This document shows positions 63,391 to 64,000 of a DNA stretch of 64,000 nt, one piece after another (position 1 is the first letter of the stretch; each line of letters starts with the position of its first letter). The stretch lies in NCBI RefSeq assembly GCF_006345805.1, contig NC_043014.1:38750001-38814000 (forward strand), read 5' to 3'. Both the position numbers and the translations under genes were made by a program. The notes beneath the pieces were generated by a model that was not told where the DNA came from, did no database searches, and worked only from the letters and a program-made list of their open reading frames with translations. Source of the stretch: Octopus sinensis (Eukaryota).

Positions 63391-64000
63391 TTTTTTTTCC
63401 TTTTACATGAGGACAATGAGACTGTCCTTTCTTGGATTTTTTCAGCAAAACTATAAGACCTCTCCCGAAAATAAGCCCTAATGCATTTTTTTTGGATGCA
63501 AAATTAATATAAGACCGGGTCTTATTTTCAGGGAAACACAGTAGATACATGTAGATACATTAATATATACCTACCTACAAATATGCATGGATATATACAA
63601 AGGCAAGCATGAATGTGTCAATACATACAAGCAAGCATACATAGATGCACTCATGCATGCAAATAAATGCATATGCAAATGCACAAACACAAACACAAGC
63701 AAGAGTGCATATTCAAAATTCATTCAATACATATTTATACACATACACACTCAACATACATACACACACACAATTCAATGCCAATGTGTGTATTGTATCT
63801 GTATGTACGTGTTTACAAACACACATACAAATAAACGTACATACACGCACATGCAACAAAATCATGTGGAATGTAACAATGCAAAAACAAACTACCAAGC
63901 TGAAGACAAATACACACGAGTACAAATGCCCAAAAAATGACTAATATGAAACATTAAATGTCTTTTCCAGGTAGTGCTATTAAGTTACACATAGCCTAGG

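Larger units (their letters stand above)
61415..63541 (+). mobile_element. pogo/Tc2-like DNA transposon, complete ends, transposase pseudogene
   Basis: TA TSD; ~24-bp TIRs ccgtgtttccccaaaaataagacc / ggtcttattttcagggaaacacag; fragments MSAKRKSYSTEYKKRIV (Brinker-like DBD), ELED..EWI (CENP-B-like HTH), IIARDETTVF, VWYLASTH, LQTFDLVINKPFK (DDE_1-like); stops and frameshifts. Confidence 0.9.

Overview
Eukaryotic, AT-rich, repeat-dominated DNA, most probably Octopus (coleoid cephalopod). That is an inference from the SINE families, the (TAA)n/(CAT)n/(TA)n/(CA)n load and a coleoid-style expanded 18S relic. No prokaryotic genes, CRISPR arrays or intact long ORFs are present, and almost all ORF-track entries are microsatellite or SINE read-through. 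Supported content: (1) dozens of tRNA-headed SINE copies in about five modular families, labelled A-E here with my own labels; (2) 5'-truncated LINE relics of the R4/Dong, Tx1/L1, CR1 and RTE clades, plus three Penelope-like terminal repeats carrying decayed minimal hammerhead ribozymes; (3) DNA transposons: one complete but decayed pogo/Tc2-like element split by an RTE insertion, piggyBac-, mariner- and hAT-type MITEs, a TTAGGG-containing MITE and a Helitron 3' end; (4) an ~780-nt 18S rRNA pseudogene fragment; (5) several tandem, inverted and templated duplications and a dimeric satellite; (6) short candidate exons forming two phase-consistent chains on opposite strands, which overlap each other at three loci. 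I could not identify either candidate protein, and the exon calls are tentative. All coordinates were read by hand and may be off by a few bases at repeat edges.
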